Source of the DNA: Eledone cirrhosa | Taxonomy: Eukaryota | Reading direction: 5' to 3' | Assembly: GCA_964016885.1 (NCBI GenBank) | Contig: OZ024742.1 | Span: forward strand, 2,666,001-2,730,000 | Length of the DNA: 64,000 nt | Shown: positions 12,556 through 24,490 of the stretch, in pieces | Layout of the letters: each line of letters begins with the position of its first letter | Numbering within the stretch: the first letter of the stretch is position 1 | The notes under the pieces: model-generated | Seen by the model: only the letters and a program-made list of their open reading frames with translations | The model's database searches: none | What the model was told of the DNA's origin: nothing | Position numbers and translations under genes: made by a program

Positions 12556-13998
12556 GGAATCCCTGCTGGCCCTCACACACAGGCTGTTCATGGAACAAGC
12601 AGTACTTCCCCCGACAAGAGGCGAAAATGTCCTGGACCTCTGTTTTACAAACAACGAAGTGCTCATCCACAATGTAAAGGTGACACCAAAAATATTCTCG
12701 GATCATAACTGAGTAGAACTAATGATATGTGGTCGAGAAAACCAACAGAGACACAAACACCAAGAAGCACCCGGGACGTTATCCAGCCTTAACTTCTACA
12801 AGGCTAACTGTAAAAGGATCAAGAGAGAAATCCGGAAGCAAATATGGAGCGAAAACACAAGACACCAACACACAATTTCAACACTTCATGACAACGATAT
12901 ACACTATATGTAAGAAGTTTGTCCCGGAGAAAAAGGCAAACAGACACAAAAATCTTATCCCCAGAGATAGGAAAATCCCCATGAGACGTAGAACCAAGCT
13001 CTCAAACTAATTGAATGCACAACAAGAAAACAAAAACAAGAAGGAATCCTATTTGAAACGTGCACTACTTGACACCGAGATTGCACTCAAACTTTCCCAT
13101 GAAAATGAGATGGCAAAGAAAGAAAGCAGGGCCATAGAAAATATTAAAACAAACCCTAAGGTCTTCTTTAAATTTGCAAAAGAAACTGCCTCGGTACACT
13201 GCAAGATTGGGCCACTCTTCCATACAGACGGTTCATTAACTGAGAATCCCCAAGAGATATGTAAAAAACTGAACGAACAGTACAAAAGTGTGTTCACATG
13301 TCCACTGAAGCACATGCAAATAATAAAGCCAGAGGAGTTCTTTGATGCCACAACACTACATGAAGAAATGGCGACCATCAACCACATAGACATAACGGAG
13401 GAGGATGTGGTATACGCCATAGATGAAATTAGAACAGACTCAGCTGCTGGACCTGATGGATTCCCAGGGAGCCAGGGAGCTGAAAGAAGGCACAATATGC
13501 CCTATCCATAAAGGAGGTAGCAGAGCGGAGGCCAAAAACTATAGGTCAGTCTCCCTGACGTCGCATATCAGTAAGGTCATGGAGCGAGTCGTCAGAAAGA
13601 AACTGATCATTTTCCTCGAGGAAAATGACCGCCTGACTAGCACGCAGCATGGCTTCTGCCCAGGAAGAAGCTGCTTTACACAGCTGCTACATCACTACGA
13701 CTGAAAGAACTGCTAGACAGCTCATATGTGGACGTGATATATCTTGACTTTGCGAAGGCCTTTGACAAGGTCGACCACGGAATGATCTGTCACAAACTAC
13801 ACGGACTCGGCATAACTGGAAAAGTAAGTGAGAACTGTATGACTTTTTAAAGGACAGAAGCCAGGCAGTCGCAGCAAACGGGGCCCTCTCAAAGGAAACA
13901 TCAATAACAAGTGGGGTGCCCCAAGGGACAGTCCTGGGACCACTACTGTTTTTGGTGGCTCTCTCAGACAAGCCCTCTGTAGTACATACAACAACACC
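12556..13998 (+). pseudogene. CR1/L2-clade LINE ORF2 fragment (APE end + RT), frameshifted
   Basis: PTRGENVLDLCFTN...SDHN, NPKVFFK, GPDGFP, PIHKGG...KNYRSVSLTS, QHGF..GRSC, YLDFAKAFDKV, SGVPQGTVLGPLLF across frames, with stops. Confidence 0.9.
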
Positions 13999-14001
13999 CC
14001 T

Positions 14002-14252
14002 CACTCTCGAGTCAAGACTTATATAGAAAAGTAGCGTAACACCAAAATATAAGTCTTGCCTCGAGTGAACTATTTTCATATCTACGTGCTCTGATATGTT
14101 GACCAATTGTAAACAATGTATTGGAGATCGATTGACGCAACCTCAAGCGATTAGCGAACTCTAGACACACCTGATCAACGAAACAATTGTCAGTACTTTA
14201 AATAAAGCCCTTATTGTACAGCCAACCATGTTACTCTTCTTTCTTTAACTAT
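14002..14252 (+). mobile_element. PLE pLTR end with decayed long-stem-II hammerhead (14086-14196)
   Basis: Hairpin 14002-14067; stem I GTGCT/AGTAC; core CTGATA lacks one G; GAAACAATTGTC; 3' tail resembles the reverse complement of 24328-24398. Confidence 0.6.
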
Positions 14253-14260
14253 ATATATAT

Positions 14261-14600
<340 letters not shown>

Positions 14601-14990
14601 AAAATGCGAAGTAGTTTCAGATGTTAAAGTGCTTTATTCATAATGCTGTGATACATATTTCAATGAGAACTGTAGCTACATGATTCCGTGTAACCAGTGC
14701 CATGACATCATCAGACAGCTTCTTATATAAGGTTACGTTCCCAAGACAATCCAAACAGAAACGACAAGGGAATGGACAAGGCGCGTCCTCTTGAATCCCT
14801 CGGCCGTCCCCCTGTGAACCCCAATTATTATATAATTTGTGATACATTGAAATATGTATCACAGCTTTATCAATAAAGGACTTTAACATCTGAAACTACT
14901 TCACAATTTCTCATTCTAAATATACTCCGTTTTCCGAAGTGGAAAAATACGTTGAGTGGTTGATTTGAATTGCATCATTATTTACCGTAA

Positions 14991-15067
<77 letters not shown>

Positions 15068-15505
15068 TTGGTGCTCTGAAATAGCGATGTATACATGAAT
15101 GTATATATAGTATATTTGGCAATATACTGCATGCTTAATTAAAAGCATTTTGAAGTCCTTGCGCTATTTTAAAGTAGTGACTATGTCACTTACTTCTTTT
15201 TTCAACAAACAAAGGGAGATAAGTTGACAGATCTGTTTCATACTGTTGGTAATCATCAGAGCTTAGCACTCGCTCTGACTGTTGTTATATATTCTATTTT
15301 CGCCAATAGTGAGTCTTGTTACTCAGGGAATTCATCTGAGGACTTCCATGGTCATGAATTAGTACTGTGAGAATTTAGCCATAATAGATGAAATTTTAAA
15401 CTCCACTTCGGCATTGAGTTTTCTTTTCTCTTCTCCGTCAACTATAAGCGAGTATATATATATATATAAACATACAAGCACACACGAGCACGCACACGCA
15501 CACGC

Positions 15506-15634
<129 letters not shown>

Positions 15635-15849
15635 GAACATTATGGTCTCTGGCAGTGAAATAATATTTATATTAATCTGTGTATTACAGAAGAGAATTGT
15701 CTTTATATTATTCTATGCCGTAGGTAATATTATATTTTGATGTTGACATTTCAAACTTTTATTTACTGACTCCTCCAAATGAATTTATATTCATAAATCA
15801 AACTATATTATTCTTTATAAGTATTTAAATCTCTCACTCTCTCTTTCAT

Positions 15850-15884
<35 letters not shown>

Positions 15885-15901
15885 CATACATGCATACATA
15901 G

Positions 15902-15940
<39 letters not shown>

Positions 15941-15944
<4 letters not shown>

Positions 15945-16133
15945 GGAACCAGTAAGACCCCGACGGCTGAGCTCAAGCCGTTTCGACGGCTAATTCTGGA
16001 CTGAATTAGCCGTCGAAACGGCTTGAGCTCAGCCGTCGGGGTCTTACTGGTTCCTATTACCCACTCTACTACCCCAAGTATTGAGTACTTTGGTGCGTTA
16101 TGGTCCACCTGGTTCCTTACCACATTTCCTTCG

Positions 16134-16135
<2 letters not shown>
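15941..16135 (+). mobile_element. foldback mini-element with hammerhead 3' half
   Basis: Perfect ~55-bp arms 15942-15996/16003-16057 with loop TGGACT; contains GAAACGGC...GCCGTC GGGG; sits in (TA)n. Confidence 0.75.
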
Positions 16136-16213
<78 letters not shown>

Positions 16214-16358
16214 GATTAGCTAAAGAGTTGAACTCGTCCTTTGGACTGAGTGTTCTACGAGCTTCGGATATAACCTCCCGGCATTTTACCACTATATATA
16301 TATATGTAAGTATGTGTGTATACGTACATACATATATGTATACAGACGTACAGTAGCA

Positions 16359-16404
<46 letters not shown>

Positions 16405-16558
16405 CAGGTACACATACATATATGCACGTATCGGTTTAGTGGACGCTTATTATAACGCCGCTTTGTTCGTTTGTAAACAAACTGAACAGCCCGAATTTTT
16501 ATGCCGTACGGTGTTAAGGCAACCACGTCACCTTTTTGTTCAACACTGACACAGGAAC

Positions 16559-16597
16559 GATGTACTAGTTTCAAGCTTGTTAGCTATCATCAGCACC
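16559..16597 (-). ncRNA. minimal type I hammerhead ribozyme, unit 1
   Basis: Minus strand GGTG-CTGATGA-T-AGCT aaca AGCT-T-GAA-ACTAGT-A-CATC. Confidence 0.8.
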
Positions 16598-16673
16598 GTA
16601 TACCCATCTGCCAGATAGTTGAACGTTCGAAAGTATATACTTTCCCTATGAAAATTAACGGCGGAGCAGCCTA

Positions 16674-16681
16674 ATTTGCAT
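16674..16681. promoter_or_regulatory. octamer motif ATTTGCAT (also at 17183-17190, 17666-17673 and 21094-21101)
   Basis: Exact octamer consensus about 80 bp 5' of minus-strand hammerheads; function inferred only. Confidence 0.35.
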
Positions 16682-16835
16682 ATCGAGTGAGCTAAGTCGG
16701 TCAGGCATACCGAAAACGATAAGTGGAAATAAAATGAAAACGAAATTTCATTTCTCGCTCTTAGTACGGCACTTACTTAAATGTAAGTATGTGTTTATAT
16801 GTACATACATATATGTATACAGACGTACAGTAGCA

Positions 16836-16913
<78 letters not shown>

Positions 16914-17067
16914 CAGGTACACATACATATATGCACGTATCAGTTTAGCGGACGCTTATTATAACGCCGCTTTGTTCGTTTGTAAACAAACTGAACAGCC
17001 CGAATTTTTATGCCGTACGGTGTTAAGGCAACCACGTCACCTTTTTGTTCAACACTGACACAGGAAC

Positions 17068-17106
17068 GATGTACTAGTTTCAAGCTTGTTAGCTATCATC
17101 AGCACC
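17068..17106 (-). ncRNA. minimal type I hammerhead ribozyme, unit 2
   Basis: Identical to 16559-16597. Confidence 0.8.
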
Positions 17107-17344
17107 GTATACCCATCTGCCAGATAGTTGAACGTTCGAAAGTATATACTTTCCCTATGAAAATTAACGGCGGAGCAGCCTAATTTGCATATCGAGTGAG
17201 CTAAGTCGGTCAGGCATACCGAAAACGATAAGTGGAAATAAAATGAAAACGAAATTTCATTTCTCGCTCTTAGTACGGCACTTACTTAAATGTAAGTATG
17301 TGTTTATATGTACATACATATATGTATACAGACGTACAGTAGCA

Positions 17345-17396
<52 letters not shown>

Positions 17397-17550
17397 CAGG
17401 TACACATACATATATGCACGTATCAGTTTAGCGGACGCTTATTATAACGCCGCTTTGTTCGTTTGTAAACAAACTGAACAGCCCGAATTTTTATGCCGTA
17501 CGGTGTTAAGGCAACCACGTCACCTTTTTGTTCAACACTGACACAGGAAC

Positions 17551-17589
17551 GATGTACTAGTTTCAAGCTTGTTAGCTATTATCAGCACC
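17551..17589 (-). ncRNA. hammerhead ribozyme, unit 3 (core mutated to CTGATAA, probably inactive)
   Basis: Same fold with G-to-A change at conserved core position G8. Confidence 0.65.
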
Positions 17590-17827
17590 GTATACCCATC
17601 TGCCAGATAGTTGAACGTTCGAAAGTATATACTTTCCTTATGAAAATTAACGGCTGAGCAGCCTAATTTGCATATTGAGTGAGCTAAGTCGGTCAGGCAT
17701 ACCGAAAACGATAAGTTGAAATAAAATGAAAACGAAATTTCATTTCTCACTCTTAGTACGGCACTTGCTTAAATGTAAGTATGTGTGTATACGTACATAC
17801 ATATATGTATACAGACGTACAGTAGCA

Positions 17828-17881
<54 letters not shown>

Positions 17882-17984
17882 CAGGTACACATACATATAT
17901 GCACGTATCAGTTTAGCCGTACTAAGAGTGAGAAATGAAATTTCGTTTTCATTTTATTTCAACCTATATATATATATATATATG

Positions 17985-19432
17985 AACAAGTAAGACCCCG
18001 ACGGCTGAACTCAAGGCGTTTCGACGGCTAATTCTGGACTGAATGAAAATTTATTCTGGTATTTAAATAGCCGAGCTTATCAAGGGGTAATTCCATATAT
18101 GGTCAAAGAGATAATCACCAGGATTGGTCACATCACAAGTTAGTAGTAAATCTGTGATGGCAAATTGGTGGGGGAAGGGGTAGCTAAACCTGCCGGTAGG
18201 AGAAAAAGGGAGAGAGGGTGGAGTAGACCCATTCATGCGTTGGTAGTGCCGGCTACAGCTGGGCGTGAGGTCAAAGGGGATACTGGGGAGGGGGAGGGGG
18301 CGGAAGTCGAAACGGTAAGTAGAACAGTGAAGGGTAAAACTATAAAAAGTACTGAGAGAGAAAAAAAAAAAATAAGCAAAGTCTGGTTACTAAGACTTAA
18401 GTCTCTCGCTATTACTAGGCTAAAGAAATACATAAATAAATAAACAAATAAGTGAATAAAAGAATAGATAAATAAATTAAAAAAAAAAAAATATATATAT
18501 ATATATATAATGAAGAATAAAAAAATAAATAATAATAATAAAAATAAACTAGGTGGGACGGAAATAAAGGGACCCTTATACGAGGTATAAGTGCGTGTAT
18601 CGTACGGTGACTGGTCAACAAAGGGGGGCAAAATACTAAAGAGACTGTCACGAAATAATAAAGGTTTCTACCCCAATCACAGGGCCAGCAACCACCCAGT
18701 GCAAGAAAGTAAACTAGTACGAGAATATAATTCAGGGTCCCGCAAAAAATTACTAGTGCTAACTCTAAGGGTACCGCCACGAAACAAAAAGTCTTATACA
18801 ACTACATGAAAGATCGTACGAAGTAAAAGTAAAGAACGGAAAATTAATACAGAAACACCCCCCCCCCAAAAAAAAAGGGAAAAAGAAGAAAGAAATACTG
18901 GATAAACGAGAAATTAAAGCAAAGATGCCACTAAGAAATATAGAAGGCACGGAAAAAAGGGACAGCAGTCGGAGAAGGGGGCAAGTATCCGAAGTCTAAC
19001 ACCTCTGCTATAAAAAGCGGAGTCAGCCAAATCTATCATAGAATAGGGGAGGGGGTGGGGGTGCTGAAGCTACAAGGGACCGAGGGGCTACCTCGGGTGG
19101 GCGAGAAAAAGACGACGACAAAGAAAAGGAACTGGGGTAGAAAGACTAGGGAGGGATGGGGGGAAGAAGGAAATATAGAGGAAGCGATAAAAGAATGTAA
19201 AAGAAGATCTTACGTCTCCTTTGGAAAGCAGGGGTTACCCATTACAAAATAGGCAAGTGGGGTGTTATAGCCCTAGTCTACCCCTCCCCCCACCCCCGGG
19301 TCATTATGGGGTTTGAGGGCGAGGTAAGTACCACGTAATCAGTGTTTACATGCAGTAACCAGTTCATCTTTCTTGTTTAGGAGTTGGTCCGTCGAAAACA
19401 ACATTTGTAAAGTTTCCTCTGCACAAAGCCAG
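17985..19432 (-). mobile_element. truncated Naiad-type PLE (ORF end + 3' UTR/pLTR with decayed hammerhead at ~17996-18086)
   Basis: Minus strand ~19428-19339 reads LCAEETLQMLFSTDQLLNKKDELVTACKH*, homologous to the end of the 8562-10779 protein; its terminus matches the foldback family. Confidence 0.7.
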
Positions 19433-19865
19433 TCCCACTCTCTTAATCAAGATGATATTTACCAAAAAGAAGAACAAGTCAACATCATTGGAAACCATCA
19501 GGGTTGCAGGTGTTATATCAGAGTTTTCCTTCTCCTAGAATTCTGCCTTGAAAAAGGCTATGGGTCATCTCTCCCGGTGATTTTGGATGACCATTGAATC
19601 TTAAGAGCTCCTTTCCCCGTTGACAGGTTTTGTTTTTAGTCCTGCAGGATGTCCAAAGTCACCTTCCTCACCAAGAAACCTTGGTGGTGTTGCCAGTTTA
19701 GTCGCCAACGACCCGACCATGAGACAGGTTGCACTGGAATACATGTTACCAGTAGCACCAACTGGTGACCTGACATATATATATATACACATATATATAC
19801 ACACACATATATATAAATACATATATGTACATATAAATACATATATACATTTATGTACACATATA

Positions 19866-20582
19866 TTTAAAAACCTTAAATTAATCAACATTGAACACTC
19901 ACTAACATGGGATATCTTGGCTAGAGCCCAACCGTTCAATAGACGAAGAAACTCTTGTGACCTTTGTCTTACCGAAGCATACTACATAACTCTATCACGA
20001 CTTCTACCGATTAATGATAGAACGGAGGTAACTATTAGCTGTCAACATCGAAGGGCTAATTCCTTCGCCAACAGAATATTTGACCCAACATAGTCATCTA
20101 GTCCCATTTTTACTTATAGCTAATAAGTTAAATAGTTCTAGTTAACTTAGATAATTATAAGTTACCGCCCTTACATTGTCTCTCAATTAAAAAAATTAGC
20201 ACTTCTTAACTATAAACTACCCACAATTTCTAATTTCTCGAGGAGTTACTTCCCCTGAAACAACCCTCTAATTAGTAAGGTAAATATGTCCATTGGGGGC
20301 CATGTTGTTACACATAGGCAGATCTCACACAATGCAGCCTCGACAGAAGAATATTGCTCGACTATAGCAGACAATAGATATACCCAGGACACCATAGTGA
20401 AATACCAATATATGGAACATTACATTCATGTAACATTCTTTATTTTAATATATATCCCTTTTGAAGTTCCGATGAGCTGCTCTAATTGTACCTAAGTTAA
20501 TTATCTGCAACTGAACCAGATCAATAATGATCTATAATCATTTGATCCAGAAACATTATATGGAGTAGAGAAACATTGTCAG
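19866..20582 (+). mobile_element. truncated Naiad-type PLE 3' end with decayed hammerhead (~20465-20582)
   Basis: WDILARAQPFN...CDLCLTEAYYI...INDRTEVTISCQHR; downstream CCGATGAG, stem II CTGCTC/GAGTAG, GAAACATTGTC. Confidence 0.75.
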
Positions 20583-20766
20583 TATCGGTAGAGGGTCGGA
20601 CGCCATGCTTTCCAGCATAGTTACGTCCCTTTACGATCTGAGTTCAAATCCCGCCGAGGTTGACTTTGCCTTTCATCCTTACGGGGTCGATAAAATAAAG
20701 TACCAGTAATGCACTGGGTAATTGGTGGCCTTGTGCCTAAAGTAGAAACAATTAATATTATTATTA
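20579..20766 (+). mobile_element. tRNA-derived SINE
   Basis: GTTCAAATCCCGCCGAGG B-box, body matching 1945-2130, (ATT)n tail. Confidence 0.8.
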
Positions 20767-20860
20767 TTCTCTACATTCCTTACGTTAAACTAAAACTATG
20801 TTGACAATCTTTTAATAATGTTTTCCTTGTGAAATTTGTGTTCTTATTTTGCTAAACTAA

Positions 20861-20925
<65 letters not shown>

Positions 20926-20927
<2 letters not shown>

Positions 20928-21417
20928 CGCCCTCTGGTGATGTCCAGCAGAAGCAAAGGGGACAACCGTCTATGCATTTCAGGCTTAATTGGCCTTCGTC
21001 AGAACGATCCCTCCCGTCGCTTGCGACTGCTGGACTTGAAAACAACCGAGAATATATAGTTTTCTCGTCTGTGTAAATGCGGTGATTAATCTCATTTGCA
21101 TATGAAGCTGCATAAGTTGGCTCAACTTATAATAGAAAAGAAATAGGATTTCGCTTCAAGCATAGCTTTATACAATATGTATAGAAATTTTGTATTTCCA
21201 AAGAAATACGATTTTAGGAAGCCGTAGCTATGTATTGTCGGCTGTTTTCAAATCCAGCAGTCGCAGAGTAGTGGGAGGGATCGTCCTGACGATGGCCAGT
21301 CAAGCCAAAAATGCATAGACGGTTGCTCCCCTTGCTTCTGCTGGACAACACCGGTGTTCGCATAGCTACGGCTTCCTAAAATCGTATTTCTTTCGAAATA
21401 CGAAATTTCTATACATC
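20926..21417. mobile_element. composite hammerhead element with two interleaved inverted repeats
   Basis: ~20932-21060 pairs with ~21226-21353 (diverged); 21177-21231 pairs with 21361-21416 (near perfect); sits in (TA)n. Confidence 0.7.
20966..21008 (-). ncRNA. minimal type I hammerhead ribozyme
   Basis: Minus strand TCGTT-CTGACGA-AGGC caattaa GCCT-GAA-ATGCAT-A-GACGG; decayed + strand twin at 21281-21322. Confidence 0.8.
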
Positions 21418-22148
21418 ATATATATATATATTCATATATATATATATATTTATATATATATATATTTATATATACATACACACACAATTATCCTACAAAA
21501 GAGAAGAAAACCAAAGCAAGCATCTAATGTGTATATATTTATATATAAATACTCAACGTATTCTTCATGTGAGAACTATGTGTTTTCTGTTAATACATCT
21601 GATTATATATCATTCAAGTCGAGAATATATCTAATGGCGGTGTAGATTATATAATTAGACAACGGACAAACTTATGTAATACAGTTAAACTATTTGAAAA
21701 CATTGCTTAAGTACTTTAAAGCTCCACCAGAGACACAACGACCTGGGATTTAAGTGCCCTTCAATCCTTATTGTAACTTTACGGTTGTAATATAATAGTT
21801 ATCTCTCTACATAAACATTGATTTATCTAAATATTTATTCCTGAATTCTCTCGAAAATACGTTAGCTATTATAACTGGAAGATACAGTTGGGGTTTTTAC
21901 CGAGCAAGGAATATATATCTCGACATTTTTGGGGTTATTTGATCCATCTATGTCGAAAACATGATTTCATATACATTTTAATTTTTCTAGATAAATCTTT
22001 GGAACTCACACTTGTCAGGTTTGATCTCTAGATAAGGAAGGTTATATATGCTTAGTAACTGTTATAACCTAAAACAATGCTTTAGATAAAATCTAGAGGT
22101 AATTTATTGTGGCCAGGAAGGGCAAGCAATTTCCCAGCCGGATCAATT

Positions 22149-22340
22149 GGAGGCGGTTTCTTCTGACAGGACCCGATGGAAAGAGTGTTTGAGGACTCTG
22201 CCTCCATGACCTTGCCATTCTGAGTTCAAATCCCGCTGAGGCTAACTTTGCCTTTCATCCTTAAGGGGTCGATAAAATAAAGTACCAGTAATACACTGGT
22301 TAATTGCTGGCATTGTTCCAAAACTAGAAATAATTATTAG
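22149..22340 (+). mobile_element. tRNA-derived SINE
   Basis: GAGTTCAAATCCCGCTGAGG B-box and conserved body. Confidence 0.75.
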
Positions 22341-22807
22341 CATTATCTATATATCTAAAACAGAGAATGTCTGTCTGTCTGTCTGTCCAATCACTAAAAC
22401 TCGGAACCACCCAACCGATTGTTTTCAATCTTTACACATGTAATAACTATGGTCCCGTGCGTGTTTTGAGCAAAAACATTTTCAAATTTTCAATGCCGTA
22501 AGGACCGCATTAGGCGATTTAGTGATCTCTTTCTCTCTTAGTCTTTCTCATTCAAGATAGATACATAGATGTAACGTCGCGCCATTATAATATCTGTCTG
22601 TATGTCCGGGTGTCTGCATTACGACATTATGACGTAGCTGTGTGTGTGTATATATATGTATATATAGTGTGTGTATATATATATATAGTGTGTAATGTTT
22701 TTCGAAATATTTACTTCTGCGTTCACAGATTGATTTTTTAATTTTAGTTTCAGAAGATCTCGTTAAGGGTGAAAGCAGCGATTCTTTGCTTAAACTGTAA
22801 TCTGTTA

Positions 22808-22838
<31 letters not shown>

Positions 22839-22843
<5 letters not shown>

Positions 22844-23007
22844 TGTAATAAACAACATAAGATAATTATTTCATTTACCAGTGGTTTCTTGAAAGCAAAC
22901 AAAATTTGCTTTCAATCATCAGAATGAAAAAAATCATGGTGTATTTATTGACAGTGGATTAAAAAAAAAACAAAAAAAACCTTGGACCTTTCCGACGGAA
23001 TTACTTC

Positions 23008-23008
<1 letters not shown>
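22839..23008 (-). mobile_element. short hammerhead-bearing element, copy 2
   Basis: Homologous to 14261-14479 with a ~50-bp internal indel; flanked by (TA)n. Confidence 0.7.
22869..22929 (-). ncRNA. type I hammerhead ribozyme
   Basis: 7-bp stem I, CTGATGA, perfect 11-bp stem II TTGAAAGCAAA/TTTGCTTTCAA, GAA-ACCA c TGGT-A. Confidence 0.85.
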
Positions 23009-23102
<94 letters not shown>

Positions 23103-23241
23103 TGACTTAAGTAAAGGGCTTATTTTTGGTTAAGGAATTAACTGTTTTATTTTTAGGAAATAATATTTATTTGAGGTTAATTAAAATCAATTATTTTCCT
23201 TTATGTAGTGTATGACTCTGGAACCGTCTTTGCACCTGCTG

Positions 23242-24067
23242 GGAAATTTGGGACTTGACTCCTTCTTCCTCACTTTTCGTTACTTCACCATCTTTGTTTG
23301 TTTACACTCTCGTGTCCCCTTTATTTACGTGTCCCAACGACTTTTTTTAGCCGTTGCTCGCACCAACCGGAGGTATATGGTCTTTAAAGCGATGAAATAC
23401 CAATGATGGTTGGAAGATCACTGATGAAGGACTAACTTTATTCATATGTAACCCATTAGCAACCACGCAGCACGTTTATTCTCATATTTACACATTTTTC
23501 CCCCGCTGTGACCCGTCTATTTCGTTCTTACTGCTTCCTCTTTCTCTGTATCTTTACCCTCTCTAACTGTCACTCTCTCTGTTAGCCTCTTCCTCACCCT
23601 TCACTCACTCACTCTCTGTTACTACCTCTCCTCCTCCTCCTTCTTACCGTTTGACATGTGCGTAATTCTTTCTTTCGCCCCCTTGGTCAGGCAGGTCGCT
23701 TTTTTTCTCTCTCTTGTCTACGATTTCACAGAACTTACGTTCACCGAATTCACAGACTAGATCCCTTCTTCCTCCCGTTAGACCTGTGCGGAATTCCTTC
23801 CTTGCTCACATTCCAACCAGGTTTGATGGTCTTTATTCTCTCTCGTTCACGATTTCACCGAACTTATATTCATGGAAATTTGGGACTTGACTCCTTCTTC
23901 CTCACTTTTCGTTGCCTCACCATCTTTGTTTGTTTACACTCTCGTGTCCCCTTTATTTACGTGTCCCAACGACTTTTTTAGCCGTTGCTTGCACCAACCG
24001 GAGGTATATGGTTTTTAAAGCGATGAAATACCAATGATGGTTGGAAGATCACTGATGAAGGACTAAC

Positions 24068-24069
<2 letters not shown>
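23242..24069 (+). repeat. ~196-bp direct repeats (23242-23438 and 23874-24069), pLTR-like
   Basis: Near-identical repeats 632 bp apart, both ending just after CTGATGAAGG. Confidence 0.7.
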
Positions 24070-24117
<48 letters not shown>

Positions 24118-24120
<3 letters not shown>

Positions 24121-24310
24121 CGAAGGAAATGTGGTAAGAAACCAGGACCACAACGCACCAAAGTACTCAATACTTAGGGTAGTAGAGTGGGTAATAGGAA
24201 CAAGTATGACCCCGACGGCAGAGCTCAAGCCGTTTCGACGGTTAATTCTGGACTCGAATTAGCCGTCGAAACGGCTTGAGCTCTGCCGTCGGGGTCATAC
24301 TTGTTCCTAT
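24118..24310 (-). mobile_element. foldback mini-element with hammerhead 3' half
   Basis: About 55-bp near-perfect arms around loop TGGACTC; same family as 15941-16135. Confidence 0.75.
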
Positions 24311-24380
24311 ATATATATATATATATAATTAAAAAGTGAAGAATAACATTGTCAACAGTACAGACAAGGAGATTTATGTA

Positions 24381-24490
24381 CAGTCTAACAATTGTTTCCA
24401 TGATAGAGTTGTCTATAAATTGCTAAACACTGGAGACAGCAAAATTCAATTTAAAATACATATAACTTTAATCATTTCATCAGAAACTGA
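24381..24490 (-). ncRNA. hammerhead ribozyme with long stem II
   Basis: CTGATGA (24483-24477), ~78-nt stem II insert, GAAACAATTGTTA with palindromic stem III, stem I CAGTT/GACTG. Confidence 0.65.

Larger units (their letters stand above)
16305..17963 (-). mobile_element. tandem array (~3.3 units) of a non-coding hammerhead-bearing repeat with terminal inversion; retrozyme-like
   Basis: Units start at 16305, 16782, 17291 and 17774 (477/509/483 bp, length differing mainly in an internal TA tract); 17916-17963 is the reverse complement of 17715-17762; (TA)n on both flanks. Confidence 0.8.

Noticed and set aside
14638-14889. Minus-strand ORF/possible exon and a lone CTGATGA at 14706-14712
   Set aside because: No recognisable protein motif, weak splice signals, and no stems around the core
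19339-19341. In-frame TGA in a Naiad remnant as possible selenocysteine (some Naiads encode selenoproteins)
   Set aside because: It falls at the Arg of CKHR and is best explained by CGA>TGA decay; the intact ORF has Cys codons and no in-frame TGA
19433-19773. GC-richer segment between two Naiad remnants
   Set aside because: Probably another repeat fragment, but it cannot be classified from sequence alone
20630-20660. tRNA gene suggested by a B-box
   Set aside because: No cloverleaf; it is part of a SINE present four times in the window
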